Assembly: GCA_030668615.1 (NCBI GenBank)
Contig: DAOUTQ010000001.1
Location: 1-49,173, forward strand
Direction: 5' to 3'
Source: Bacteroidales bacterium
GTDB lineage: Bacteria; Bacteroidota; Bacteroidia; Bacteroidales; UBA12077
Length of the DNA stretch: 49,173 bases
Within the stretch, counting starts at the first letter, position 1. Every line of letters starts with the position of its first letter. Positions 9,066-18,837 of the stretch are shown here, in pieces. The notes beneath the pieces were generated by a model, which ran no database searches, was not told where the DNA came from, and was given only the letters and a program-made list of their open reading frames with translations. The position numbers and the translations under genes were made by a program.

Positions 9066-10352
9066 ATGAGAAAAGTAATTTTAATCACGTTTATTACTAT
9101 TATCGGGAGCTTAACAGCATTCTCTCAATACAAAAGTGCGCTAAAAGAGGCATTCTACGAAGCTGAATATTATATTCTATACGAAGACTACAATGAAGCT
9201 CTGGCACTATACCTTAATCTTTTAAATGACGGGCTTGATAATGCTTATATAAATCATAGAATTGGTGAATGTTACTTGCAGATTCCTGGCCAAAAAAATA
9301 AATCAATTCCTTATTTAGAAAAAGCATGTAATAATGTTACCAAAGTTATAAAAGAAGGTACTTTTAAGGAGACTAATGCACCAATCAGAACAATTTTTTA
9401 TCTTGCTTGCGCATATCAAATAAACAATGAGCTTGATAAAGCAATAGAAACATTTGAGAGTTTTAAACAAACACTTGCTGATAATAAAATATACAATACC
9501 GATTATATTGAAAAACAAATCCAGTCTTGTGAAATAGCAAAAGAATTAATAAATAATCCTACGGAAGTAAAAGTAAGTAATATTGGAGATCAAATAAATG
9601 ATGGGTTCCCAAATATCAGACCCGTTATTTCTTCTAGCGAAAATTGCATGGTATATGTTTCTAAGTTAAAATTCTACGATGCCATATTTTTCACAAAAAA
9701 AGTGGGTGACGAGTGGACATCTCCGATAAATATTACCCCTGAACTAAATTCAGATGGTGATTATTACTCTTGCTTTTTATCAAGTTATGGAAAAACACTG
9801 CTCTTATATAAATATGATGGTTATAACAGCGACATTTACATTAGTCGTAGAGTAATAAATGAACGATGGACAACTCCGGAAAAATTAAATAAACACATTA
9901 ATTCAAAATTTCAGGAAACATTTGCTTCACTGTCTAAAGATGGAAAAACTATTTATTTTGTAAGTGATCGTAAAGGAGGATATGGAGGAACTGATATATA
10001 TAAATCTGTTTACAATGAAAAAACGAAAGATTGGGGTGAAGCAATTAATCTGGGAAGTGAAATTAATACTCCTTTAAATGAAGAAACCCCTGTAATGAGC
10101 GAGGATGGTAAGAAGCTCTTTTTCAGCTCACAAGGTCATTATAACATGGGAGGATTTGATGTGTTTTGTGCACAAATGGATGCAAATAACAACTGGACAA
10201 AACCAAAAAATTTAGGTTATCCGATAAACTCCACAGACGACAACTTATTTTTCTTCCCTGTTGGAGATGGAACAAACGCATACATTTCCAAATTTGATCA
10301 AAATGGATTTGGACAGGAAGACATTGTAAAACTCGAAATTACCTCAAAATAG
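9066..10352 (+). CDS. Secreted TPR + PD40/TolB-like beta-propeller protein, paralog 3
   Basis: Signal peptide MRKVILITFITIIGSLTAFSQ. Same TPR block (IFYLACAYQINNELDKAIETFESF) and PD40 blades (DGKTIYFVSDRKGGYGGTDIYKS; LFFSSQGHYNMGGFDVFCAQ). Confidence 0.7.
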   Translation: MRKVILITFITIIGSLTAFSQYKSALKEAFYEAEYYILYEDYNEALALYLNLLNDGLDNAYINHRIGECYLQIPGQKNKSIPYLEKACNNVTKVIKEGTFKETNAPIRTIFYLACAYQINNELDKAIETFESFKQTLADNKIYNTDYIEKQIQSCEIAKELINNPTEVKVSNIGDQINDGFPNIRPVISSSENCMVYVSKLKFYDAIFFTKKVGDEWTSPINITPELNSDGDYYSCFLSSYGKTLLLYKYDGYNSDIYISRRVINERWTTPEKLNKHINSKFQETFASLSKDGKTIYFVSDRKGGYGGTDIYKSVYNEKTKDWGEAINLGSEINTPLNEETPVMSEDGKKLFFSSQGHYNMGGFDVFCAQMDANNNWTKPKNLGYPINSTDDNLFFFPVGDGTNAYISKFDQNGFGQEDIVKLEITSK

Positions 10353-10377
10353 ATAATCTAATAAATCCGATACAAAC

Positions 10378-10908
10378 TTGTATATACTTAAAGGGGAAAT
10401 AACAAAATTAAGAGCTATTGAGCCTTATGATCTGGATATTATCCATAAATGGGAAAATGACAGTTCCATATGGCATTTGAGTAATACAATTACACCATTT
10501 TCTAAAAATATAATTAAACAATTTATTGATAATTCGCATTTAGATATTTTTCAGTCAAAACAGGTTCGTTTAATGATTGAAAAAAATAATGGAGAAACTA
10601 TCGGCACTATTGATTTGTTCGACTATGATCCTCTACACAAAAGGGCTGGAATAGGAATATTAATTGCTGAAAAGGAAAACCGTGGAAAAGGTTATGCATC
10701 AGATGCGCTGGATGTTTTAATTAAATATTGTTTTTCAGTACTTCAACTTCATCAGTTATTTTGCAATATAACCGATGATAATTCAGAAAGTATAAATCTC
10801 TTTACAAAAAAAGGATTTCAGTTAATAGGAACTAAAAAAGACTGGTTATTGTTTTCTGACGGAACAAAGAATGAATCTATGTATCAACTTATCAGTAAAA
10901 GCAGTTAA
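10378..10908 (+). CDS. GNAT family N-acetyltransferase (RimJ/RimL/SpeG-like)
   Basis: Acetyl-CoA motif A, RGKGYASDAL. RimL-like N-terminus LRAIEPYDLDIIHKWEND. TTG start, no in-frame ATG nearby. Confidence 0.75.
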   Translation: MYILKGEITKLRAIEPYDLDIIHKWENDSSIWHLSNTITPFSKNIIKQFIDNSHLDIFQSKQVRLMIEKNNGETIGTIDLFDYDPLHKRAGIGILIAEKENRGKGYASDALDVLIKYCFSVLQLHQLFCNITDDNSESINLFTKKGFQLIGTKKDWLLFSDGTKNESMYQLISKSS

Positions 10909-11033
10909 AGCCTGATCGACATCAGATAAGACAGTTAAATATTGCCTTCCCTGAAAAGCCTCCGTTTTTCAAGTAATGTTTTAGTTTGGTTCAGTTTTTG
11001 CGTCTAAATAGTGAACAACTAAAACATATAGCC

Positions 11034-11684
11034 ATGAAAAAACTCTTATTATTAACCTCAATGTTACTTGTAGTCCTTTGTGCTAAATCTCAAACGATTA
11101 CATCTATCGATTTCTTTAAATGGTCCGATCCGATTACTTATGAATTAAGTCAAGAACCATATATATCAGGATACGGATATTATAGTGATTCTCTTTCTAA
11201 TGTTTTTGAAAATAAAGATTTTTACGAATACAATAATGAATACTATTGTATTGAAAGCTGGGCAGATTATTACTATTGGTATACTAAAAAATATTGGCAT
11301 CTGTTCGATAATCCTGCAGTATACGAATATTATTACTGGACCAAAAATGATTTAGGAATGGCATCTTATATTGCCAGTTACAGATATCGTGGTGAATACT
11401 ACCCGTCTACGATTAAATTAATATTCAAAGATGAAACTATTCCAAATCGATTATCATCTAATAAATTTATTGCAATAAACGATCGACAAATAAAACGAAT
11501 GAAAGATCAAAAACAATATCCCAAAATCGAAACGAATCAAAAAATGCCTAATCAAAGACCTGTAAGTTATAGTGATAGAGGAATTAATTCTAACAGCGGA
11601 AGAAGAACAAGCGTTCAACCGGCTACTCGCTCAACATCAGTTGTAACAAGCAAACCTCAAACTCAGAGTAATCATTCTAAATAA
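11034..11684 (+). CDS. Secreted hypothetical protein, Tyr/Trp-rich with a basic disordered tail
   Basis: ATG 11034 gives signal peptide MKKLLLLTSMLLVVLCAKSQ. The core is packed with Y/W (YEYNNEYYCIESWADYYYWYTKKYWHLFDNPAVYEYYYW). The C-terminus is S/T/R/Q-rich low complexity. Confidence 0.55.
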   Translation: MKKLLLLTSMLLVVLCAKSQTITSIDFFKWSDPITYELSQEPYISGYGYYSDSLSNVFENKDFYEYNNEYYCIESWADYYYWYTKKYWHLFDNPAVYEYYYWTKNDLGMASYIASYRYRGEYYPSTIKLIFKDETIPNRLSSNKFIAINDRQIKRMKDQKQYPKIETNQKMPNQRPVSYSDRGINSNSGRRTSVQPATRSTSVVTSKPQTQSNHSK

Positions 11685-11695
11685 TCGAATTCTAT

Positions 11696-11740
11696 ACATC
11701 TCGCATATAATAATTATTTTATATGTGAGATGTAATTTTT
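11696..11740. terminator. Hairpin terminator between convergent genes
   Basis: ACATCTCGCATATAA (11696-11710) pairs with TTATATGTGAGATGT (11719-11733) with one mismatch, followed by AATTTTT. Confidence 0.6.
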
Positions 11741-11742
11741 CA

Positions 11743-12195
11743 TCAAGAAATAATAACAAATTCTGGCACCTCTTTTAAGAAGAGGTATTTTTGCTTTTCA
11801 GAATCTATTTTACAACAATAGTGTTCCAGACCATTTGTAACAATTAAAAAACTAACATTTAGTTTCATATTATATCGGGCAATCTGATCAAATACCTTTT
11901 GATCAATCTTCACACTTGCAGCTTTACATTCAACAACTAAAACTGGATTTCCTGTTTTATTATAAACAACTGCATCACTCCTTTTCGATAAATTATTGAG
12001 TTTAAATTCTTTTTCAACAAAAATTAATGAAGCAGGATATTTTTTCTCATCGACCAAGTATTTTAGAAAATTTTGCCGAACCCATTCCTCAGGAGTTAAT
12101 ATCACAAATTTCTTTCGAATAAAATCAAAAATGTATTTTCTTTGCTCTATTAATTTTATATTAAACGAATAAGTTGGTAAATTTAGCTTCTCCAT
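11743..12195 (-). CDS. Type I restriction enzyme HsdR N-terminal domain-like protein (stand-alone PD-(D/E)xK-type nuclease fold)
   Basis: 150 aa. RSDAVVYNKTGNPVLVVECKAASVKIDQKVFDQIARYN matches the D...(E/V)CK core of the HSDR_N family that is common as small orphan genes in Bacteroidota. Confidence 0.6.
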   Translation of the reverse strand: MEKLNLPTYSFNIKLIEQRKYIFDFIRKKFVILTPEEWVRQNFLKYLVDEKKYPASLIFVEKEFKLNNLSKRSDAVVYNKTGNPVLVVECKAASVKIDQKVFDQIARYNMKLNVSFLIVTNGLEHYCCKIDSEKQKYLFLKEVPEFVIIS

Positions 12196-12256
12196 ATCTA
12201 ACTTATAATTCTGTTTATAAAAATAAGAAAGATAAAAGATAAAATACTACTACATT

Positions 12257-13027
12257 ATGAAAACTAAAGACGAAATAGTAAAAAACTGGCTACCCCGATA
12301 CACTGGATGCCCTTTAGATAAATTTGGGGATTATATATTATTAACAAACTTCTCACATTATCTTGAATTATTTGCAGAATGGAATAATGTTGAAATATTT
12401 GATCCTGCAGCAAATATGCAATGTGCTACTGCTGATGGTGTGACAATGATTAATTTCGGAATGGGTAGTGCTAATGCAGCTACGATTATGGATTTACTAA
12501 GTGCTATTAAACCCAAAGCAGCTTTGTTTTTAGGAAAATGTGGCGGATTAAAAAGAAAGAACGAACTAGGAAACTTTATTATTCCAATTGCAGCTATAAG
12601 AAGTGAAGGTACATCAAATGATTATCTACCACCTGAGATTCCTGCTCTTCCTGCATTTAAATTGCAAATGGCTGTTTCCGCGGCTATCCGAACCCATAAA
12701 ATGGATTATTTTACAGGAACAGTTTTAACAACCAATAAACGTGTTTGGGAATACGACGAACGTTTTAAAAAATACTTACAAAAAACCAGATCAATGGCTA
12801 TTGATATGGAAACTGCAACTATTTTTACCGTAGGTTTTGCAAATGAAATACCAACAGGTGCAGTTCTGTTAGTTTCTGATCAACCAATGATTTCATCGGG
12901 TATTAAAACATCGGAAAGTGACGAGCAGGTTACAAAAAAATATGTTGAAGCTCATGTTAAAATTGGTATCGAAGCTTTAAAAGAAATTAAAGAAAATAAG
13001 GAATCTGTTAAGCATTTGCGCTTTTAA
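12257..13027 (+). CDS. amn: AMP nucleosidase-like / PNP-UDP family nucleoside phosphorylase (short form)
   Basis: FGMGSANAATIMDLL and AIDMETATIF are PNP_UDP_1 signatures. The ~256-aa length and N-terminus match the short Bacteroidota AMP-nucleosidase form. Confidence 0.65.
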   Translation: MKTKDEIVKNWLPRYTGCPLDKFGDYILLTNFSHYLELFAEWNNVEIFDPAANMQCATADGVTMINFGMGSANAATIMDLLSAIKPKAALFLGKCGGLKRKNELGNFIIPIAAIRSEGTSNDYLPPEIPALPAFKLQMAVSAAIRTHKMDYFTGTVLTTNKRVWEYDERFKKYLQKTRSMAIDMETATIFTVGFANEIPTGAVLLVSDQPMISSGIKTSESDEQVTKKYVEAHVKIGIEALKEIKENKESVKHLRF

Positions 13028-13039
13028 AGTGATTTTAAT

Positions 13040-14044
13040 ATGAATCTCGATCAAATTTTTTCTGACTTAAAAAATAAAATATATAAGCCAATATATTTCT
13101 TGTCTGGCGAAGAACCGTATTTTATTGATTTACTTACAAAATATATCAATGAAAATGTTTTAACCGATGCAGAAAAGTCTTTTAATCAGACAGTCCTTTA
13201 TGGAAAAGATACAGAAATTCATACTGTTATAAATTCTGCAAAACGATTTCCGATGATGGCAAATCATCAGGTCATAATTGTTAAAGAAGCTCAGAACATA
13301 AAGAATATTGATGAATTAATTCATTATGCTAACGCACCTTTAAAATCAACTTTATTAGTTATTAACTATAAGTACAAAACGCTTGATAAACGTAAGAAAC
13401 TTTACAAAGTAATTAATGAAAACGGAGTGCTGTTTGAATCAAAAAAACTTTATGATAATGAGGTTCCGGGTTGGATAAATGCTTATCTGAAAAATAAAAA
13501 CAAAACAATTGATCCTGGAGCAGGAATGTTGTTAAATGAATACCTTGGTAATGATCTTAGTAAAATTGCAAATGAACTTGATAAGCTTATTATTACTCTG
13601 CCCGAGGGTGAACATAATATAACCACAAACCATATTGAAAGAAATATTGGAATAAGTAAGGATTATAACAACTTTGAATTACATAAAGCATTAACACAAA
13701 AAAATGTTCTAAAAGCAAACAGGATTGTTAACTATTTTAGTCAGAATCCAAAAAACAATCCTTTTACTTTAACTATTTCAACATTATATCATTTCTATAG
13801 CAAAGTTCTGGCATATCATTTCTTAAAAGATAAAAGAGACAGGCGAAATGTTGCGGCTACACTTAAAGTAAACCCATATTTTATTGGTGATTATGAAAAA
13901 GCCGCAAAACAATACAATCCCAAAAAAACGGTAGAAATAATCAGTCTGCTTCGAGAATATGATCTTAAATCAAAAGGTTTTAATAATGTCAGTACATCTC
14001 ACGGTGAACTTCTTAAGGAGTTAGTTTACAGAATTTTGCATTAA
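13040..14044 (+). CDS. holA: DNA polymerase III subunit delta
   Basis: IYFLSGEEPYFID N-terminus, VIIVKEAQ block, ~334 aa, delta-type helical C-terminal region. Confidence 0.8.
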   Translation: MNLDQIFSDLKNKIYKPIYFLSGEEPYFIDLLTKYINENVLTDAEKSFNQTVLYGKDTEIHTVINSAKRFPMMANHQVIIVKEAQNIKNIDELIHYANAPLKSTLLVINYKYKTLDKRKKLYKVINENGVLFESKKLYDNEVPGWINAYLKNKNKTIDPGAGMLLNEYLGNDLSKIANELDKLIITLPEGEHNITTNHIERNIGISKDYNNFELHKALTQKNVLKANRIVNYFSQNPKNNPFTLTISTLYHFYSKVLAYHFLKDKRDRRNVAATLKVNPYFIGDYEKAAKQYNPKKTVEIISLLREYDLKSKGFNNVSTSHGELLKELVYRILH

Positions 14045-14054
14045 ATATTACAGA

Positions 14055-14675
14055 ATGACCATTTTACTTATTGTAATTACATCAGCAATTTCCATTTTAG
14101 CATTTAATAGACGGGATATATTTGATAAACTTCAGTTAAACCCATATGCCGTATATCATAAAAAAGAATGGTACAGAATAATATCTCACGGTTTTATACA
14201 TGCCGATTGGGTTCATTTGTTTATTAATATGTTTGTTTTGTTTTCGTTTGGAAGTGCAGTCGAGAACATTTTCAAACAACTTGCAACGGAAGGTATAATA
14301 AAATCTCCTGTCTTATCATTTGTAATACTTTATTTTACAAGTATGATATTTGCTACTGTTACAAGTATTAAAAATCATAAAGATGACCCTGGGTATAATT
14401 CTGTTGGTGCTTCTGGTGCTGTTTCTGCGATAGTATTTACGAGCATATTTTTTCAACCGCTTGCCAAATTATATTTTTATGCTGTTATTCCAATACCTGG
14501 AATTGTTTTTGGCATTCTTTATTTGGCGTATTCACAATATATGAGTAAGCGGAATAATGATAATATTAACCACGATGCTCATTTTATTGGTGCCGTTTTT
14601 GGTTTTCTTTTCCCTCTTATTTTAGAACCTAAATTGATTAATGTATTTTTGGGTCAGTTATTTAATATTTTTTAA
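14055..14675 (+). CDS. Rhomboid family intramembrane serine protease
   Basis: HADWVHLFINM (HxxxxHxxxN) and the catalytic GASGAVSAIVF motif. Six predicted TM helices. Confidence 0.85.
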   Translation: MTILLIVITSAISILAFNRRDIFDKLQLNPYAVYHKKEWYRIISHGFIHADWVHLFINMFVLFSFGSAVENIFKQLATEGIIKSPVLSFVILYFTSMIFATVTSIKNHKDDPGYNSVGASGAVSAIVFTSIFFQPLAKLYFYAVIPIPGIVFGILYLAYSQYMSKRNNDNINHDAHFIGAVFGFLFPLILEPKLINVFLGQLFNIF

Positions 14676-14683
14676 ATTAAATT

Positions 14684-15178
14684 ATGAATAAAGCTGTTTT
14701 TCTTGACAGAGATGGTGTTATTAATTTCGATCCGGGAGATTACACTTACAACCTGAGTGAGTTTAAATTGAACGATGGAATAATAGAAAACCTTAAACGT
14801 TTATATGACAATAACTATCTTTTGATACTTATTACGAATCAAGGTGGTATTTCTAAAAAGCTTTATTCGCACAAAGATGTAGAAGTAATACACGCGTATT
14901 TAGCCGAAGAACTTAAGAAAGTAAATGTTCAGTTAGCAGAAATATATTATTGTCCTCATCATAGTATAAATGAGGAATGTATTTGCCGAAAGCCAAACTC
15001 TCTGATGATTGAAAAAGCACTGGCACGTTTTGATATTGATCCTAAAAAATCATACATGATTGGTGATAAAATGCGAGATGTAGAATGTGCTGAAGGAGCC
15101 GGAGTGAAAGGCATTAAAGTGGAACTTAACAAGAATATTAATAAATATGTAACCGAGATTATCTCGAATGGCAGTTAA
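14684..15178 (+). CDS. gmhB: D-glycero-D-manno-heptose 1,7-bisphosphate phosphatase / HAD-IIIA phosphatase
   Basis: FLDRDGVIN HAD motif I, ITNQ motif II, zinc-finger-like CPHH...CICRKP, and GDKMRD motif. Confidence 0.8.
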   Translation: MNKAVFLDRDGVINFDPGDYTYNLSEFKLNDGIIENLKRLYDNNYLLILITNQGGISKKLYSHKDVEVIHAYLAEELKKVNVQLAEIYYCPHHSINEECICRKPNSLMIEKALARFDIDPKKSYMIGDKMRDVECAEGAGVKGIKVELNKNINKYVTEIISNGS

Positions 15179-16031
15179 TTCTTTCATATTACATAATGGT
15201 GAATATCATTTCAAAGATGAGTTTGGCTTAAGCTTTAACAATAGAGCTTTTTGCTATGGCGATGCTTTATTTGAAACAATGCATGCAAATGGAGCTGAAA
15301 TTCATTTCTTTGAAGATCACATGATTCGTTTGAAATATGGAATGAAGATGCTTAAAATGGAAATTCCATTGAAAATTGAATCAAATCTTCTGGAAAAAGA
15401 AATCATTAAATTATTACACAAAAACAAACTCTACCAAGGTGTAAGAATTCGTTTAAGCGTTTATAGAAATGATGGCGGGAAATATACACCAGCTGATAAC
15501 AGTGTTTCATACTTAGTTGAAACAGAGTATATCGAAAATGATCTTTATTCTTTAAATCAAAAAGGATTAATTATTGATATTTACAATGAAATTAAAAAAC
15601 CCATTAATTCTTTTTCAAATCTGAAAACTTCAAATGCATTGCTACCAGTAATGGCTGGTTTATATGCTAAAGAAAAAAAATTAGACGATTGCATTATATT
15701 AAATGAAAATGGGAATATAGTTGAAGGTATAAGTTCAAATATCTTTATAATAAAAGGCGAAACGCTTTGCACTCCTGCATTAAAAGATGGGCCTGTAGCC
15801 GGAGTAATGCGTAAGCAAATCTTAAAAATTGCCGATTCTGTTGGTTTTAATATAAGTCACGAGAAATCGATTACCGAGCAACAACTACTTGATGCCAACG
15901 AAGTTTTTTTTACAAATAGCATTTCAGGAATAAAATGGGTTTTAGCATATAAAGAAAAACGATTTTATAATGATAATGCCAAAAAACTAACCAACAAATT
16001 AAATAGTATTGCCTTTAAGAAACCAGAATAA
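15168..16031 (+). CDS. Class IV aminotransferase (aminodeoxychorismate lyase / branched-chain type)
   Basis: FCYGDALFETM N-terminal block, NIVEGISSNIFI and FFTNSISGI blocks typical of fold-type IV PLP enzymes. Overlaps the gmhB stop by 11 nt. Confidence 0.75.
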   Translation: MAVNSFILHNGEYHFKDEFGLSFNNRAFCYGDALFETMHANGAEIHFFEDHMIRLKYGMKMLKMEIPLKIESNLLEKEIIKLLHKNKLYQGVRIRLSVYRNDGGKYTPADNSVSYLVETEYIENDLYSLNQKGLIIDIYNEIKKPINSFSNLKTSNALLPVMAGLYAKEKKLDDCIILNENGNIVEGISSNIFIIKGETLCTPALKDGPVAGVMRKQILKIADSVGFNISHEKSITEQQLLDANEVFFTNSISGIKWVLAYKEKRFYNDNAKKLTNKLNSIAFKKPE

Positions 16032-16032
16032 G

Positions 16033-16626
16033 TTAATTCATAGCCGGATTCTCAGGAAAATTAGACCACACCTTATATTTTTTACCTAAGTGATCGAGTG
16101 TTTCTTTCCATGTATCTTTGTCGGCCGACATAATTTTAGAAGAATCAACCTTTGAAACAAGCCAAGCATTTTCCTCAATTTCCGTTTCTAATTGATTCGC
16201 GCTCCAACCTGAATATCCAAGAAAGAAACGAACCTGCGTATAATCAACGATTCCTTCGTTAATAAGATCTTTCAAAATATCAAAATCTCCGCCCCAATAT
16301 ATATCATCAATTACGTGTACCGAACCTTCTACCAATTCACCTAATGTATGTAAAAAATGGATTGTGTCTTTTGCCACAGGACCTCCAACATAAACTTTTG
16401 ATTCGAAATCGGGAAAGTCTGATAATAAATCATTCATTGGAACATCAACCGGTTTATTTAAAACAAAACCTACTGCTCCTTTATCGGAATACTCTGTTAT
16501 GAGAACTACAGAACGTTTAAAATATGTGTCGGATAGCAAAGGTTCTGATATAAGAATACAACCTTGCTTGGGCGCAGGGTTTTCATGTTCAATTTTTAGA
16601 AAATCAAAATTCAGATACTTTCCCAT
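16033..16626 (-). CDS. YqgE/AlgH family protein (UPF0301)
   Basis: GCILISEPLLSDTYFKRSVVLITEYSDKGAVGFVLNKP and FLGYSGWSANQLETEI are hallmark blocks of this family. Confidence 0.85.
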   Translation of the reverse strand: MGKYLNFDFLKIEHENPAPKQGCILISEPLLSDTYFKRSVVLITEYSDKGAVGFVLNKPVDVPMNDLLSDFPDFESKVYVGGPVAKDTIHFLHTLGELVEGSVHVIDDIYWGGDFDILKDLINEGIVDYTQVRFFLGYSGWSANQLETEIEENAWLVSKVDSSKIMSADKDTWKETLDHLGKKYKVWSNFPENPAMN

Positions 16627-16870
16627 GATTCAAATATACACTCCAAATTACTCAATTATTTTATAACAAGCAAAAATACTTTAAGCTTTTAACTTCATTT
16701 AACAGTTTCATAATCAAATCAATTTATTCTCCACTGCATTGATTTACTCACAAAAAAACTATTACTTGCGCAGTACGCTTAAACCAATTTGAAAGTACTA
16801 TGTCAAAAAATGAAATAATCACATTAATTTCTCTATTTTAGAGATGTCTTTTTTCAAAAAATAGTTGCTA

Positions 16871-18823
16871 ATGAATTCTGTATTAAAAACACTCTTATTA
16901 TTCTTCAGTCTTGTTCTGGTTTCAATTCAATGTTTCTCAGATGATAATCCCACAGGGCCAACCCTTTCTGAAAAAGACGTAGAGGTTGAAATTACAAATG
17001 TTATAATGAAGGGGATTAATGCAAATGTTAAAATACATTTTAAAAATCCGGAATTCAGAAAAACATTTGAAGGATATCCTGTAACAATAAAAGTAAACAA
17101 TAAGCCAGTTGTTGCCAGAGTAATAAAAGGTACAGCCGAATTCAGCTACAAATTTACGGAAAAGCAAGAATTTAAACTTGAAGTATCAGGTTATACATAC
17201 ACAAAAAAAATTAATCCAATACCATTATGGTTTTCTGTTATTCCTCCTTTGATTGCGATATTATTTGCACTCATATTTAAAGAAGTATTTACTGCATTAT
17301 TCATTGGAATTTTAGTGGGTACAACCACAATGTTTTGGTATCAAGATAGCAATCTTTTTATTTCTGTTTTTAAAGGAATGTTTGCGATAGTTGACACTTA
17401 TATTATTGAAGCATTAACTGAAAGAGGACACTTAGCAATAATCATATTTTCAATGCTTATTGGTGCGATGGTCAATATTATTACTCGCAATGGAGGCATG
17501 AAAGGTGTTGTAAATATTTTATCGAGGTATGCTAACAGTCCGCGTTCAGGACAATTCGTTACCTGGTTATTAGGTATAGCTATATTCTTTGATGATTATG
17601 CTAATACTCTTGTTGTTGGAAATACCATGAGACCAGTTACCGATAAACTTAAAATTAGTCGTGAAAAACTCGCTTATATTGTAGATTCAACGGCAGCTCC
17701 TATTACCGCAATTGCTTTTGTAACAACATGGATTGGAGCAGAACTTAGTTATATTCAGGATGGCATTAATACAATTGGATTAACAGAAAGTGCATATGGT
17801 ATTTTTCTAAGTTCATTGAAATATGCCTTTTACCCGGTTTTCACCCTGCTTTTTATTTTAATTCTAATTAGAAAACAGGTTGATTTTGGACCTATGTATC
17901 ATGCAGAGAAAAAAGCACGTAATGCTAAAGATGTAGCTTCGAATGACGATGGTAATACTTTTTCAAATAAACTTAATGAATTAGAAGTTTCTGAACATAT
18001 AAAACCAAGATGGTACAATGCCGCGATACCGGTATTTATTGTCATTTTCGGAACATTTGCAGGATTACTTTATACAGGTTGGGATCAATCAGTTTGGGAC
18101 AGTAACTCTATTTCATTTGGAACAAAATTATCAACTGTAATCGGAAATAGCGATTCATATAAAGCTCTACTCTGGGCTTCCATTTCAGGTGTACTTATGG
18201 CAATTTTACTTACTCTTATTCAGAAAATTCTGAACCTAAAAGATACCATTGATAGTTTAATAAATGGATTCCGAACCATGTTAACAGCTATTGTTATATT
18301 AATATTAGCATGGTCTATAGCTTTGGTTACAAAGCATTTACACACAGCCGATTTTATTTCACAAAGCTTAGTTAGTATAAATATATCGCCGCAGTTTATT
18401 CCTGCATTTACATTTATTTTAGGGGCGTTAGTAGCCTTTTCAACGGGTTCATCGTGGGGAACTATGGCAATTTTATACCCATTAATTTTACCTGCTTCTT
18501 GGCTTATAGCACAAAATTTCGGAATGAATCATGATGAATCTTTATCTATTTTTTATAATGTTGTTTCGGCAGTGTTAGCTGGATCTGTGTTAGGCGACCA
18601 CTGCTCTCCTATTTCCGATACAACAATATTAAGTTCATTGGCAAGTTCGTGTAACCATATTGAACATGTTAGAACTCAATTACCATATGCACTTACAGTT
18701 GGAGGAGTTTCAATAGTAATAGGAACTATACCTTCAGCTTTTGGTATTTCACCTTGGATATTATTCCCAACAGGTATATTCGTGATGTTTCTAATTGTGA
18801 AATTTGTAGCTAAACCGTATTGA
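16871..18823 (+). CDS. Na+/H+ antiporter NhaC family protein with an extra N-terminal beta-rich domain
   Basis: FFDDYANTLVVGNTMRPVTD and GDHCSPISDTT blocks, many TM helices. About 110 N-terminal residues after a signal/anchor are non-membrane. ATG 16871 preferred over TTG 16865. Confidence 0.7.
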   Translation: MNSVLKTLLLFFSLVLVSIQCFSDDNPTGPTLSEKDVEVEITNVIMKGINANVKIHFKNPEFRKTFEGYPVTIKVNNKPVVARVIKGTAEFSYKFTEKQEFKLEVSGYTYTKKINPIPLWFSVIPPLIAILFALIFKEVFTALFIGILVGTTTMFWYQDSNLFISVFKGMFAIVDTYIIEALTERGHLAIIIFSMLIGAMVNIITRNGGMKGVVNILSRYANSPRSGQFVTWLLGIAIFFDDYANTLVVGNTMRPVTDKLKISREKLAYIVDSTAAPITAIAFVTTWIGAELSYIQDGINTIGLTESAYGIFLSSLKYAFYPVFTLLFILILIRKQVDFGPMYHAEKKARNAKDVASNDDGNTFSNKLNELEVSEHIKPRWYNAAIPVFIVIFGTFAGLLYTGWDQSVWDSNSISFGTKLSTVIGNSDSYKALLWASISGVLMAILLTLIQKILNLKDTIDSLINGFRTMLTAIVILILAWSIALVTKHLHTADFISQSLVSINISPQFIPAFTFILGALVAFSTGSSWGTMAILYPLILPASWLIAQNFGMNHDESLSIFYNVVSAVLAGSVLGDHCSPISDTTILSSLASSCNHIEHVRTQLPYALTVGGVSIVIGTIPSAFGISPWILFPTGIFVMFLIVKFVAKPY

Positions 18824-18837
18824 TAAGCTTTTTGCTT

